This document shows positions 1 to 9,101 of a stretch of DNA of 64,000 bases, in pieces. The stretch lies in NCBI GenBank assembly GCA_038228545.1, contig JBBRPE010000003.1, positions 64,442 to 128,441 of the forward strand, read 5' to 3'. The notes beneath the pieces were generated by a model, which was given only the letters and a program-made list of their open reading frames with translations, searched no databases and was not told where the DNA came from. The position numbers and the translations under genes were made by a program. Each line of letters begins with the position of its first letter. Positions within the stretch are counted from its first letter, which is position 1. The DNA comes from Minisyncoccia bacterium. Its GTDB lineage: Bacteria; Patescibacteriota; Minisyncoccia; Phycocordibacterales; Phycocordibacteraceae.

Positions 1-26
1 AAGGTACTCGATAGAACACGTAGAAC

Positions 27-770
27 TTACGCGGCCTTCATGAACTCCATAAGGCGAGACCATTCCAGCTTGGGTTGCCAGACGACCTTGCCTGCGGCGA
101 CATCGCCCGCGACCTCGAAGTCGTCTTGCCGGTACTCAGGCATTGCTTCGTCCCAAAACGCGTACACGGGGTAGGAACCGTCGTCGGTGTCGAAGTTCTC
201 ACGAACGAACATCGACCGATTGAGGAAACAGACGATGGCCACAACGGTGCCACCGAGAATGCTAATTTCCTGTATCAGCTTTGCCGTAGTGGAGAAGTTG
301 TTACAGACGTCCTCGACTATGACTACTTTGTCACCCTTGCGCACCGTGTGCCGAGCGAATTTCAGCTCGGTGACGGCGCGTGACGTTTCCGTCGCTGGAG
401 CGACTTCAATCTTCTCGGGGTAGATGTAGCGAGCACGACGCCGACGGGCAAGGAGGACGGCGACCGTCTTGCCACCCTCCGGAGCTCCACAGTACACGAG
501 CTCCACACCACTGAATTTCCGTCTGAGTGTGGCTTGTAAAGGAGCGATGACACAGCGATCGAGAACATCCGGCCACTGTTCAAACGTCGCTACATTAACG
601 AAGACATCGCCAACGAACTGCCGACGTTCTTCATCACGGCCGGCATAGCCGACCAGAGGACCGATGCGGTGCCCCTTACTGTCTCGCGGGCATTCGTAGA
701 AACCACCGCACGCCGTGAGCAATTCTCGCGGCTTGTTGAAACGACTCAGATCAGGCTGTTGTAGTCGCAT
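27..770 (-). CDS. pyrE: Type I phosphoribosyltransferase, probably orotate PRTase
   Basis: PRPP-binding motif VVIVEDVCNNFST; directly downstream of pyrF; SD-like TAAGGAG upstream. Confidence 0.65.
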   Translation of the reverse strand: MRLQQPDLSRFNKPRELLTACGGFYECPRDSKGHRIGPLVGYAGRDEERRQFVGDVFVNVATFEQWPDVLDRCVIAPLQATLRRKFSGVELVYCGAPEGGKTVAVLLARRRRARYIYPEKIEVAPATETSRAVTELKFARHTVRKGDKVVIVEDVCNNFSTTAKLIQEISILGGTVVAIVCFLNRSMFVRENFDTDDGSYPVYAFWDEAMPEYRQDDFEVAGDVAAGKVVWQPKLEWSRLMEFMKAA

Positions 771-785
771 AGTAATTCTCCTTAC

Positions 786-1637
786 TCAGACGATGGCGAG
801 GATTTCGCCGTGGAGTTTGAATGCCTCGCGGCGAGCGGCTTCAGCGAAGTCGCGGCCGGAGGAAGCGAAGATAATTCCGGACGACGAGTTGATTATGAAT
901 CCGACACCGTCCTTGTTGCGGCCGTTACGAACTGCCGCTTCAAGGTCTCCACCCTGCGTCCCAATGCCAGGAATCAGAAGGGGCAGCTGGGGCGCATACT
1001 GTCGCACCTTTGCGATATCCTCGGAGTACGTGGCGCCCGTTACCAGCCCGAGGTTGCGGTTATGGTTCCAAAACTCAGAGACCCGCCAGGCGACATATTC
1101 GTAGAGAGTCATAGTACCTCCCTCCGATTCCTTCATGAACTGCAGGTCTTGGAACTCGCCACTGCCCGGGTTGGACGTGCGGCACAACACGAAGACCAGC
1201 TTGTCAGGATTGTCTGCAAGCTCGCCCAGTGCACGGTGCCCAAGGTAGCAGTGCACCGTTACCGAGTCGGCGCCGAGATGGAGATAGAGTGTCGTGGCGT
1301 AGTGGCTGTTGGTGTTTCCGATGTCTTCAACCTTGGCGTCGATGATGATAAGGACGTCCGGCGCTTCTTGCTTGATGTATTGCACCAGCATACGGAGTGT
1401 CCGGAGGCCGTCATCGCCGAGCGACAGGAAGAAGGCCCAGTTCAACTTATAGGCGCAGACCACGTCCTTGGTCGTATCGATGATGGCTCGACAGAAGAGG
1501 AACACGCGTTTGCAGTGTGATTCGCCGTGACCGACTTCTTCAGGAATCTGCTTGAGGTCAGGATCGAGCCCGACGCACAAGAACTTTCCCTCGGCCCACT
1601 TGGCCGCGAGGATGGCGTTCGCATTTCGAGTGGTCAT
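786..1637 (-). CDS. pyrF: Orotidine-5'-phosphate decarboxylase
   Basis: LCVGLDPD, DAKxxDIGNT, LCRTSNPGS, LLIPGIGTQGG motifs; start taken at MTTRNA (1637). Confidence 0.9.
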   Translation of the reverse strand: MTTRNANAILAAKWAEGKFLCVGLDPDLKQIPEEVGHGESHCKRVFLFCRAIIDTTKDVVCAYKLNWAFFLSLGDDGLRTLRMLVQYIKQEAPDVLIIIDAKVEDIGNTNSHYATTLYLHLGADSVTVHCYLGHRALGELADNPDKLVFVLCRTSNPGSGEFQDLQFMKESEGGTMTLYEYVAWRVSEFWNHNRNLGLVTGATYSEDIAKVRQYAPQLPLLIPGIGTQGGDLEAAVRNGRNKDGVGFIINSSSGIIFASSGRDFAEAARREAFKLHGEILAIV

Positions 1638-1855
1638 TGGGTTTCCGCCTAGCTGAATGTGAATGGTGCGTACGGCGTGATTGCCGTTCCGCATGCACAC
1701 TAGCATGCCATTTGGAGGGGTGCACTCTATGCAACACGGTCACAAATCTTCAGGCGCGCGACGTGGAGAAAGCGGCGAGTGAGCCGTACGAACTGGTACG
1801 GTGATTGAGCCACAGAGGCTCCATAACAAAGCAGCTGGGGATTTTGACGTGTTTG

Positions 1856-2518
1856 TTAGATTTTACCCACAAGTCCCATCCCTGGCTCAAGCGTATCGTC
1901 GCCCTCTTCCCAGTTAGCGGGACATACATTTCCAGGGTGTGTTTCCACATACTGTGCAGCCTGTACCTTACGGAGTGTTTCTGCGGCGCGTCGTCCTATG
2001 GAGTTGTCATGTATCTCCATCGTACGCAGTACGCCGTTCGGGTCGATGACAAACGTTCCTCGCAGAGACTGTCCTTCGTCCGGAGTGCGAGCGAGATCAC
2101 CCCCTTCAATGAGCGTGCCGAATACGTAGGAAATTTTTCCGGAAGGGTCTGCGCCCATTGGATAGTTCACCTGTTTGATTGCGGGAGACGTGTCATGCCA
2201 TGCCTTGTGCACAAACACGGTGTCGGTTGAAAACGAAAGCACTTCCGTGTTTATGGCTTCAAACTGCGGGTACAGGCGTGCCATATCTTCAAGCTCGGTT
2301 GGGCACACAAAGGTGAAGTCACCGGGATAGAACATCACCACAAGCCATTTTCCGCGGTAATCCGAGAACTTCACCGTTTTCTGGTCGTCCTTATGATATA
2401 TATCGAACTCGTAGTCGGGAATTGTTTCGCCGATACGCACACCAGTAACGAAGTCGCCCATATCATGGAAATCGCCACAGTTCTCACAGTAGTTGCTTTT
2501 CTGGCCGTTTTTGTTCAT
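1856..2518 (-). CDS. ahpC: 2-Cys peroxiredoxin AhpC
   Basis: FYPGDFTFVCPTE and VCPANW motifs; start taken at MNKNG, short CENC-containing N-terminal extension. Confidence 0.9.
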   Translation of the reverse strand: MNKNGQKSNYCENCGDFHDMGDFVTGVRIGETIPDYEFDIYHKDDQKTVKFSDYRGKWLVVMFYPGDFTFVCPTELEDMARLYPQFEAINTEVLSFSTDTVFVHKAWHDTSPAIKQVNYPMGADPSGKISYVFGTLIEGGDLARTPDEGQSLRGTFVIDPNGVLRTMEIHDNSIGRRAAETLRKVQAAQYVETHPGNVCPANWEEGDDTLEPGMGLVGKI

Positions 2519-2549
2519 ATAAGTAGGATTAGCTTGCGCAAGTAGACCT

Positions 2550-3455
2550 ATGATACCACCGGAAGATACAGGTCTCAAAAACGACTCACGCGAGCGTATT
2601 TCTATTGTGTGCGTCGTGGGGCCAACTGCGTCTGGGAAAACAGCTCGAGGAATAGAGCTCGCACAGGAGCGCAACGGCGAAATTATCTCCGTAGATTCAC
2701 GGCAGGTATACCGCATGCTTAATATCGGCACCGAGAAAATAGCAAAAGAAGAAATGCGTGGAGTCCCTCACCACCTTATAGACATATGTGAGCCTGAAAC
2801 CACCTACAGCGCGGGCGATTTCGTACGAGATGCTGACACTCTCATACAAGAGCTTCATATGCGTGGAAAAACACCAATACTTGTTGGCGGAACACACTTC
2901 TACTTTGATGCACTCCTCTATGGTCTTCCGAGCGATATTCCGCATGATGAGAAACTTCGTGCAGAGCTCGAAGCGTTGTCGAGCGACGAGCTCATGGAGC
3001 GTATACACGCCGCAGACAGCAGACGCGCGAGCCGTCTTGACTCAAACAATCGTCGCCGGCTTATCCGAGCACTGGAGATAATTAGCGAGCACGGCCATGT
3101 CCCCGAGCGAAAGCATGACGAAATGCGCTACGACGTTGAGTGGGTGATTCTCAACCCGGAGCGCGACGAACTTCGTTCCCGTATACATACACGTCTTCAA
3201 TTTGCGCTCAACAACGGTCTGATTGAAGAAGTGAAGAGCGTCCGTGCGCTCGTCGGTGATGAGCGTCTGAATGAACTTGGACTTGAATACAAAGTCATCG
3301 GAGAGTATCTACGCGACGAACGCGACTACGATTCCTTGCTCCCGACACTTTCCTCGCGTCTCTGGCACTATGCCCGCCGTCAGAAAGCGTGGCTCAGAAA
3401 ACTTATGCACGAGAGCCAAATAGCAATGACAGCGAGTGATAAACTATCCTCATGA
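2550..3455 (+). CDS. miaA: tRNA dimethylallyltransferase
   Basis: GPTASGKT, DSRQVY, PHHLID, VGGT, YARRQ motifs. Confidence 0.95.
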   Translation: MIPPEDTGLKNDSRERISIVCVVGPTASGKTARGIELAQERNGEIISVDSRQVYRMLNIGTEKIAKEEMRGVPHHLIDICEPETTYSAGDFVRDADTLIQELHMRGKTPILVGGTHFYFDALLYGLPSDIPHDEKLRAELEALSSDELMERIHAADSRRASRLDSNNRRRLIRALEIISEHGHVPERKHDEMRYDVEWVILNPERDELRSRIHTRLQFALNNGLIEEVKSVRALVGDERLNELGLEYKVIGEYLRDERDYDSLLPTLSSRLWHYARRQKAWLRKLMHESQIAMTASDKLSS

Positions 3456-3952
3456 AGAAATTTGTCGTGATATTTGTACTGGTTTTCTTTTTTATAGCTC
3501 TTCTCGGAGCAATCTTGTTTAAAGTGCTGTCTCCGGGGACACAGCCCAAAAAGCAAGCAACGACTACCTTCCCTACCGCTACGGGAATTTCGTATACGTC
3601 AGTTTCAAACACGCCTGATGCAGTAGCAAAAACATGTGTTAGCTGGTACGTGCAAGCGGAAAACGTGGCACTCGATGACTATGAAAAAGGTATCGAAAGC
3701 TGTTTTACTCCTACCTTTTATAAAAGCTGGGATAGTATTCGCGATGATACAGGCCAGGACCCGGTGCTGTACTCACATACCTACACTCCTAGCTGGTTAA
3801 CGAAGCAAACTGCATCTATAAAAACTCAAACAGACACTGAAAGTACGGTATCTGTCACACTCGGCAACGGCACTACTGCGCTTATGGTAGACGTACAACT
3901 TGAGAAGACGAGTAACGGTTGGCGTATCACAAACGTTACTGAATCGAAGTAG
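3452..3952 (+). CDS. Membrane-anchored protein, DUF3828/YbjP-like NTF2-type fold
   Basis: N-terminal TM; DP motif (GQDPVLYS) and terminal WRITNV resemble DUF3828 proteins. Confidence 0.45.
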   Translation: MKKFVVIFVLVFFFIALLGAILFKVLSPGTQPKKQATTTFPTATGISYTSVSNTPDAVAKTCVSWYVQAENVALDDYEKGIESCFTPTFYKSWDSIRDDTGQDPVLYSHTYTPSWLTKQTASIKTQTDTESTVSVTLGNGTTALMVDVQLEKTSNGWRITNVTESK

Positions 3953-3995
3953 GTACGTTACGACAATACGGGAACGGCCACCGTTTCCTCAAAAA

Positions 3996-5027
3996 CTATC
4001 TGCCTGATGCAGACCAGTGCGGTGGGTCGTTCGGCAACTGATTATAAAATCCATACTGTCCGGCATGAGCTCTGAGCCACGTGTATGCGCCCGGTCCGAG
4101 TCGTATATCAACAGCAGTTCCTGACGTGTGATTCGAGCCATTGCCTCCAAGCGAGCATGGCACCGCGGCAGTTCTGGTGGAACACACAGCACTGCCATTC
4201 ACCAGACGACACCCGTTGTTATTCCACGCAGCTGTCTGGTCGTCTGGAGATCGATACCCAGACGACACCCGCAAATCTACACCTTCTCTGAGGGCAGCAG
4301 TACGCATAGATACAAAACGCTGAACCGTATCTGCCAAATCTCTATGAGACCCGATGTCAGCAGAACTGGGGAATGGAACGAGCTGTGATTCTGGTATCGC
4401 TGTACAACTACCTCCGCCTCCGCCTGGGCCCGGGCCGCCAGTACCACCTCCAGGACCAGTTAGACTTCCAGCGTCCGTACTACCCACAATTCCGTTTGTG
4501 ATACTCCCAAACAAACCTTGGATACGCTGTGGTGTTGTTTCGCTTATGCACATGTCTTCACCATTGTCAGCAAGAATGCTATTCCATGGACCAAATGTTG
4601 AACCGGAAGCTGTACCGTCTGATGCATTTGGTTTATAGAGTTTTTTCATTATGTAATCGACGATGAGCCATGCGGCAAGCACGATTGCAAGTCCAATCAT
4701 CACATTAATAAACATCCCTCTTCCTTTGCTTCTCGCTTCAGCATTACTGCCGTTAAACATCCAAATAAATCCCGCGTAAACGAGCGCGAGCGTAGCGAAG
4801 ATACAGCCGAGAGAAATCATAAGATTTATGACATTTTGTGTCGTTGCAAGTACACAACCATAGGAAGCGGCCGAGGTATGGCCGGGAACACCATCGCAAT
4901 TACATTCTGTTGGGACTATCGGCCCGAAGAAATTTGCGGTTGCCGCATGGGCTGACACAGGAACTATAAGCACGATGAACGCCAGGGTGAGTCCTGCACT
5001 GAGCTTTGTTAGTGTGCTGTACTTCAT
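3996..5027 (-). CDS. VirB2/TrbC-like pilin fused to M15 (VanY-like) peptidase
   Basis: Signal peptide, two pilin-like TM helices with a basic loop, Gly linker, then SGYRS, SNHTSGTAVDI and DPPHWS motifs. Confidence 0.8.
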   Translation of the reverse strand: MKYSTLTKLSAGLTLAFIVLIVPVSAHAATANFFGPIVPTECNCDGVPGHTSAASYGCVLATTQNVINLMISLGCIFATLALVYAGFIWMFNGSNAEARSKGRGMFINVMIGLAIVLAAWLIVDYIMKKLYKPNASDGTASGSTFGPWNSILADNGEDMCISETTPQRIQGLFGSITNGIVGSTDAGSLTGPGGGTGGPGPGGGGGSCTAIPESQLVPFPSSADIGSHRDLADTVQRFVSMRTAALREGVDLRVSSGYRSPDDQTAAWNNNGCRLVNGSAVCSTRTAAVPCSLGGNGSNHTSGTAVDIRLGPGAYTWLRAHAGQYGFYNQLPNDPPHWSASGR

Positions 5028-5029
5028 TA

Positions 5030-5563
5030 TTACGGGAGCTTCACCGCTCCTGGACAGAAACTAAGTCCGACCGGGTCGGTGCCATAGGTATCACTCAATC
5101 CCGGACCTGCTGAAACATAAGTGTCGAGCGCACAAAGCACTGGATTAGATAGTTTGAGTGTGGTGCGCAATGCGTCTTCTGCAGCTATTCTCGTCGCTCC
5201 GAGAGGTTCCGCAAGAAGTGTAACAAGCACGCGTGCCTTACCTCCATTTTGGGCCGGAGGTACATAAGTTATAAGAAAAGTAGAATACTCTGAGCCTGCA
5301 ACACGATACCCGGACACCGGATCTGCCCATGCGGGCTGGTCTATTTTTGTAAAATCAGGAACTGCTACTTTTGACCCATCGCTCAGAACGATAGTGAGCT
5401 GGTTACCAACGGGTATTACACTGCTCCCAAGACCTCCAAAGGGAGAGGTCGTTGCTGTACCGGATGTGACGGGTGAATACGTTTTTTTAATCAGCCAGTA
5501 CATTCCGAATACGGCGAATACCACGAGAAGTACTGCCAACCCTATAGCCAGCGGCTTATTCAT
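5030..5563 (-). CDS. Hypothetical protein with N-terminal membrane anchor
   Basis: Single N-terminal TM, C-terminal Cys pair; lies between the two enzyme-fused pilins. Confidence 0.7.
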   Translation of the reverse strand: MNKPLAIGLAVLLVVFAVFGMYWLIKKTYSPVTSGTATTSPFGGLGSSVIPVGNQLTIVLSDGSKVAVPDFTKIDQPAWADPVSGYRVAGSEYSTFLITYVPPAQNGGKARVLVTLLAEPLGATRIAAEDALRTTLKLSNPVLCALDTYVSAGPGLSDTYGTDPVGLSFCPGAVKLP

Positions 5564-5587
5564 AAAAAAATTGTATCATGCATGATT

Positions 5588-6631
5588 TTAGCGAGCCTGA
5601 CATCTTGGGTCGGACGACCTTGCTCCTGGAACTGCGCAACGAGTCGCCGAGCATTGCCATGCAGAAAGATTCTGTGTGTACAGACTACAGGCCACCTGTG
5701 TGTTAGTTTGACCATTTTGGGCGGCCGAAACACAGTCCTGATAGAGACGTTCCTTACCGGGTACAACCGAGGAGTCACATCCACCGAGTCGTTGACCCGC
5801 ATAGTGGAGCGCGTTTCCCTCGCATCTTTGTGTAAACGCAGTCGTACAGGCTATACCGTTCACTCTAAGGGGCGAGGTTGTGAGGTTAATCTGCCAGAGC
5901 CCAACAGAGTAGCTCCGCCCGTTACCACGATCCAATTTATCCGAGGTGGAAAGGATGGCGACTTGTCCGCCCGCACTCTCGAGATTGCAAGTTCTTGACG
6001 CTGCTTCTCCAAGAGCTGCGAAGCAAGTACTGGATAGACTCTGCACACTACACGCTCCGCTTGCAGGAAGAGTACAACTCCCTCCACCCCCCACTCCACC
6101 AAAACCACCTCCTCCACTTCCAGCGTTCGTGCCTCCCACGACGCCATTTGCAATACTTCCGAATAGTCCTGGGATTACTGTCGTCTCCCTCGGTTGTATA
6201 CACCAGGAGCCTGCCGCTGCAGGAGAGAGAATTTTATTCCACGGACCATAGGAACTTTCGTTGTAGAGCGTCTTCATGATGAAGTCTACGAACAGCCAGG
6301 CAGCAAGAACGATGAACATACCAATAACGACATTCAGTAACATACTCTTCGCCTTACTGCGCATTTCGGGATTTGTCGGATTGAGCATCATACTTGCGCC
6401 TGCGTAGGCTGCGACAAGAACGAATGCAATAACCCCAATGGAAACGGCCGCATTCATAAGGTTCTGAATGAGTTGCAGTACACCTCCGTAATCACACGGA
6501 CATGCGGTGCACTCCGTCGGAACTATTGAAAAGGTTGGGTCAAGAAGCGATAAATTTGCGGCATACACGGGAAGAGCCGCGCTTACAAAAAGAGTAAGCG
6601 AGAGAGAAGTAACCAGGAGAGCCCTACGCAT
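5588..6631 (-). CDS. VirB2/TrbC-like pilin fused to lysozyme-like/lytic transglycosylase domain
   Basis: Pilin TM pair, Gly linker, then ES (LESAGG) and GLWQIN motifs of SLT-like enzymes; Cys-rich; start taken at MRRALL. Confidence 0.75.
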   Translation of the reverse strand: MRRALLVTSLSLTLFVSAALPVYAANLSLLDPTFSIVPTECTACPCDYGGVLQLIQNLMNAAVSIGVIAFVLVAAYAGASMMLNPTNPEMRSKAKSMLLNVVIGMFIVLAAWLFVDFIMKTLYNESSYGPWNKILSPAAAGSWCIQPRETTVIPGLFGSIANGVVGGTNAGSGGGGFGGVGGGGSCTLPASGACSVQSLSSTCFAALGEAASRTCNLESAGGQVAILSTSDKLDRGNGRSYSVGLWQINLTTSPLRVNGIACTTAFTQRCEGNALHYAGQRLGGCDSSVVPGKERLYQDCVSAAQNGQTNTQVACSLYTQNLSAWQCSATRCAVPGARSSDPRCQAR

Positions 6632-6814
6632 ACTTGTATTGTAGCCTCTCAGAAGGCCCTGGCACTGCTTTGTTCCCACCTTATAAATCTGCTAAGGTAG
6701 CCAAGAGGAAGCTCAAATTCGCTTCGCTCGGGCCATATGCGTTGCTTGCACGTATATGAACCCTTCGTTCGGCGGATTACACTGAATCCTGATTCAATGT
6801 ACTCACCTCACTCA

Positions 6815-6885
6815 GGGTCCATAGTTTAGTGGTAGAACATCGGTCTCCAAAACCGATAGTGTAGGTTCGATTCCTACTGGGCCCG
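6815..6885 (+). tRNA. tRNA-Trp(CCA)
   Basis: Cloverleaf GGGTCCA...TGGGCCC-G, anticodon loop CTCCAAA, GTTCGATTC. Confidence 0.95.
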
Positions 6886-6998
6886 CAAATAGAAAAGCGC
6901 CATTCGGCGCCTTTTCTATTTGCGGGCCCAAGCAAACCTGGGAGGTTTGCTTGTAGGAATCGAAGATGTTGCGGAGAAATGGAGGAAATGGGGTCAGG

Positions 6999-7725
6999 AA
7001 ATGGGGTCAGCCACCATTCTTTTTCGGACGTCCGACTGTCCGGAGAGTTTGCTCGAGACCGTGTCTCTTCACCATGGTATCAAGCCACACGTCGTTCCCA
7101 AACGGAATACTCTTTCTTTCAGACTGTTCGAGTGCTTCTTCTTCGCTTGGGGTCTGCGGCTCGTCGAGCCATGCAAGATAGTCAGGGGGAGAGGATACGG
7201 GCCAGGCTGAGAGGAGTTTCTGTTGTTGTGCAGTACCACTTTCTCTTCGCCAGGCACTTCCCCACCTCCACTGTGGTGCACTCTTTACCAAGTTTGCTTT
7301 CTTAGCGTTTCGCTCAACGTATCTAACCAGAGTTAGAAAATACTTGTCCTCTCCACAGAGAAAGGACTTGTAGCGTCCCTGATACAGATGACCTTCGCCG
7401 ACCGTTCCTTTTGCGATATGCCATCGGCGGGTATGAGTGTTGGTGACCCAAGACATGAATTTCGAGAGATCGCCGTCTTCTTTCGGGTACAGGACAAGAT
7501 GCCAGTGATTGGGCATGAGGCAATACGCGAGTATGCGCATATCGAAGGTTTCTGCTGCTTCTTCCAGGATGGTCTCGAACATGCGATAGTCGTCAGGAGT
7601 GTCGAAAATCTGAGCACGGACATTGGCGCGATTAAGGACGTGATATACATGTTTTCCCACGTCGACACGTTCGATGCGTGGCATGCAGTAAGGGTATCAC
7701 GGGGAAATGGTGGCTGACCCCATTT
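6999..7725 (-). mobile_element. RAYT-bearing element bounded by perfect 20-bp inverted repeats
   Basis: AAATGGGGTCAGCCACCATT (6999-7018) and AATGGTGGCTGACCCCATTT (7706-7725); partial extra copy at 6986-6997. Confidence 0.8.
7007..7684 (-). CDS. REP-associated tyrosine (Y1/HUH, IS200-like) transposase
   Basis: YHVLNR, AYCLMPNHWHL (HUH), QGRYKS, RYVERNA (catalytic Tyr region), WRWGS motifs. Confidence 0.9.
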   Translation of the reverse strand: MPRIERVDVGKHVYHVLNRANVRAQIFDTPDDYRMFETILEEAAETFDMRILAYCLMPNHWHLVLYPKEDGDLSKFMSWVTNTHTRRWHIAKGTVGEGHLYQGRYKSFLCGEDKYFLTLVRYVERNAKKANLVKSAPQWRWGSAWRRESGTAQQQKLLSAWPVSSPPDYLAWLDEPQTPSEEEALEQSERKSIPFGNDVWLDTMVKRHGLEQTLRTVGRPKKNGG

Positions 7726-7802
7726 ATCCGAAGAAACTTCTGCGAGCATTTTGTGATTCTGAGAGCAAAATCCGCAAAGTGGACAGCGAGTGTAGCTCGA
7801 GT

Positions 7803-8002
7803 TTCCTACTGGGCCCGCGACCGAGCCGAGTGACGACGAGGCGAGAGTTGTGACCGCAGAGGGCCCAAGCAGGCGTGGGGCGCCTGCGTGTAGGAATCGA
7901 AAGGCGCAGGCCGGGTAGGCCGAGCCGGGGTCGACCAAAATCGCAGCAGCGATTTATGGGTGACTGATGCCTGCCTGATTCTTATCAGGACACTTCCTAC
8001 TG
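7803..8002 (+). repeat. tRNA-Trp-anchored element: direct and antisense tRNA 3' copies plus 67-nt core
   Basis: TTCCTACTGGGCCCGC at 7803-7818; split antisense copy 7861-7901; core 7927-7993; TTCCTACTG at 7994-8002. Confidence 0.85.
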
Positions 8003-8006
8003 CCCA

Positions 8007-8507
8007 CTACCGCACATACACAAACACTCCATCCTTCTTCTCCCCTTCCCACGTCGGAAGCGGAAATAGATTACAGACAACACGTGCTCCGGGCGCAAGT
8101 TCTCGCGAGAGCTTTCGTTCGAGACGCTTCATAATGTGCGAAATACCAAACACGGTCACTACCGAGTACCGGGATAAATCGACAGACCACATGTCCCTCC
8201 ATTCAACCGATGCACGTGAACCAAGCCCTTCCTTGCGAATGGCTCTATTTGAAAGCCACACAAGAAGTGGATTTATCTCAACACCTCGTGCTTCTATTCC
8301 AAGTCGTGCAGCAGCTATGACGAGACGGCCATCGCCACTTCCAATATCAATAAGACGGTCTCCGGGCCCTAGTTTCGTGCTGCTCAACATACTTTGCATA
8401 AGAAGTGTGTCAGTCGGTATATAGAGCGCCCCATTGAGTAGCCCTAGAAAATAGGCACAGAGCGCTGAACCGACCACAAGCAGGAGGTAGAGGAGAAGTG
8501 CCCACAT
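8007..8507 (-). CDS. Class I SAM-dependent methyltransferase
   Basis: IDIGSGDGR, GVEINP, ELAPGARVV motifs; N-terminal TM. Confidence 0.85.
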   Translation of the reverse strand: MWALLLYLLLVVGSALCAYFLGLLNGALYIPTDTLLMQSMLSSTKLGPGDRLIDIGSGDGRLVIAAARLGIEARGVEINPLLVWLSNRAIRKEGLGSRASVEWRDMWSVDLSRYSVVTVFGISHIMKRLERKLSRELAPGARVVCNLFPLPTWEGEKKDGVFVYVR

Positions 8508-8534
8508 ACCTACACCATACAGGAATGCGCCTCG

Positions 8535-8987
8535 TTAGCAGTTTGTCGCTACGCCGAGCGCAGCTGCCTTCTGAGTAGATGTACTCGTGCTATCAACGCA
8601 CCAATAGAGGGCGGTATTAGTTTTAAGCTGGGCTGACATAGCCCACGCGGTGGCAGAACTGTTACAGGTAACTGCAGCAGAACCAGAGCTCGCGGCGCCG
8701 TTTTTCATACTGACAATACTCGGCACGTTATTTATAGGAGTCGTTGCTTGGCATACGTCAGTTGCAGCAGATCCTTTGTTGTACGAATTACCATTAGCAT
8801 CATAAAAGAGCTCCGCCTGTGCGAGCGCACTGTGGAGTGAGGCCTTTATGGCGGCGTCAGCACCTTTTTGACGTGCTGTACTGAGCGAGGCTAATACGAC
8901 TGAAGAAAGTATGCCAATAATGGCAATGACAACGAGGAGTTCTATGAGAGTGAAGCCTTTTGGGTGGGAGAGAGTATCGTGGTTCAT
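8535..8987 (-). CDS. Type IV pilin/pseudopilin
   Basis: Prepilin cleavage motif KGFTLIELLVVIAIIGIL; C-terminal WCVDS. Confidence 0.9.
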   Translation of the reverse strand: MNHDTLSHPKGFTLIELLVVIAIIGILSSVVLASLSTARQKGADAAIKASLHSALAQAELFYDANGNSYNKGSAATDVCQATTPINNVPSIVSMKNGAASSGSAAVTCNSSATAWAMSAQLKTNTALYWCVDSTSTSTQKAAALGVATNC

Positions 8988-9070
8988 TATCAAGAAACTA
9001 TCAACAATATACGTACTATACAGTCTATTTAACTACAGAGACGTGTTTTGGGGGATAACACTCTAATAAA

Positions 9071-9093
9071 TAAAGGCCCCGAAGGGGCCTTTA
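9071..9093. terminator. Intrinsic terminator after rpmG
   Basis: TAAAGGCCCC-GAA-GGGGCCTTTA hairpin with A/T flanks. Confidence 0.7.
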
Positions 9094-9101
9094 CTTGTAG
9101 A

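Noticed and set aside
1-26. Possible further att-like sites next to stop codons (also 3952-3975)
   Set aside because: Only the terminal ACGT..GAAC or TACGAC..GGGAAC matches; too weak without a motif search
7960-8424. ORFs containing VTDACLI (also 43517-43819 and 44070-44408)
   Set aside because: Read-through of the shared 67-nt non-coding core; no common start or length
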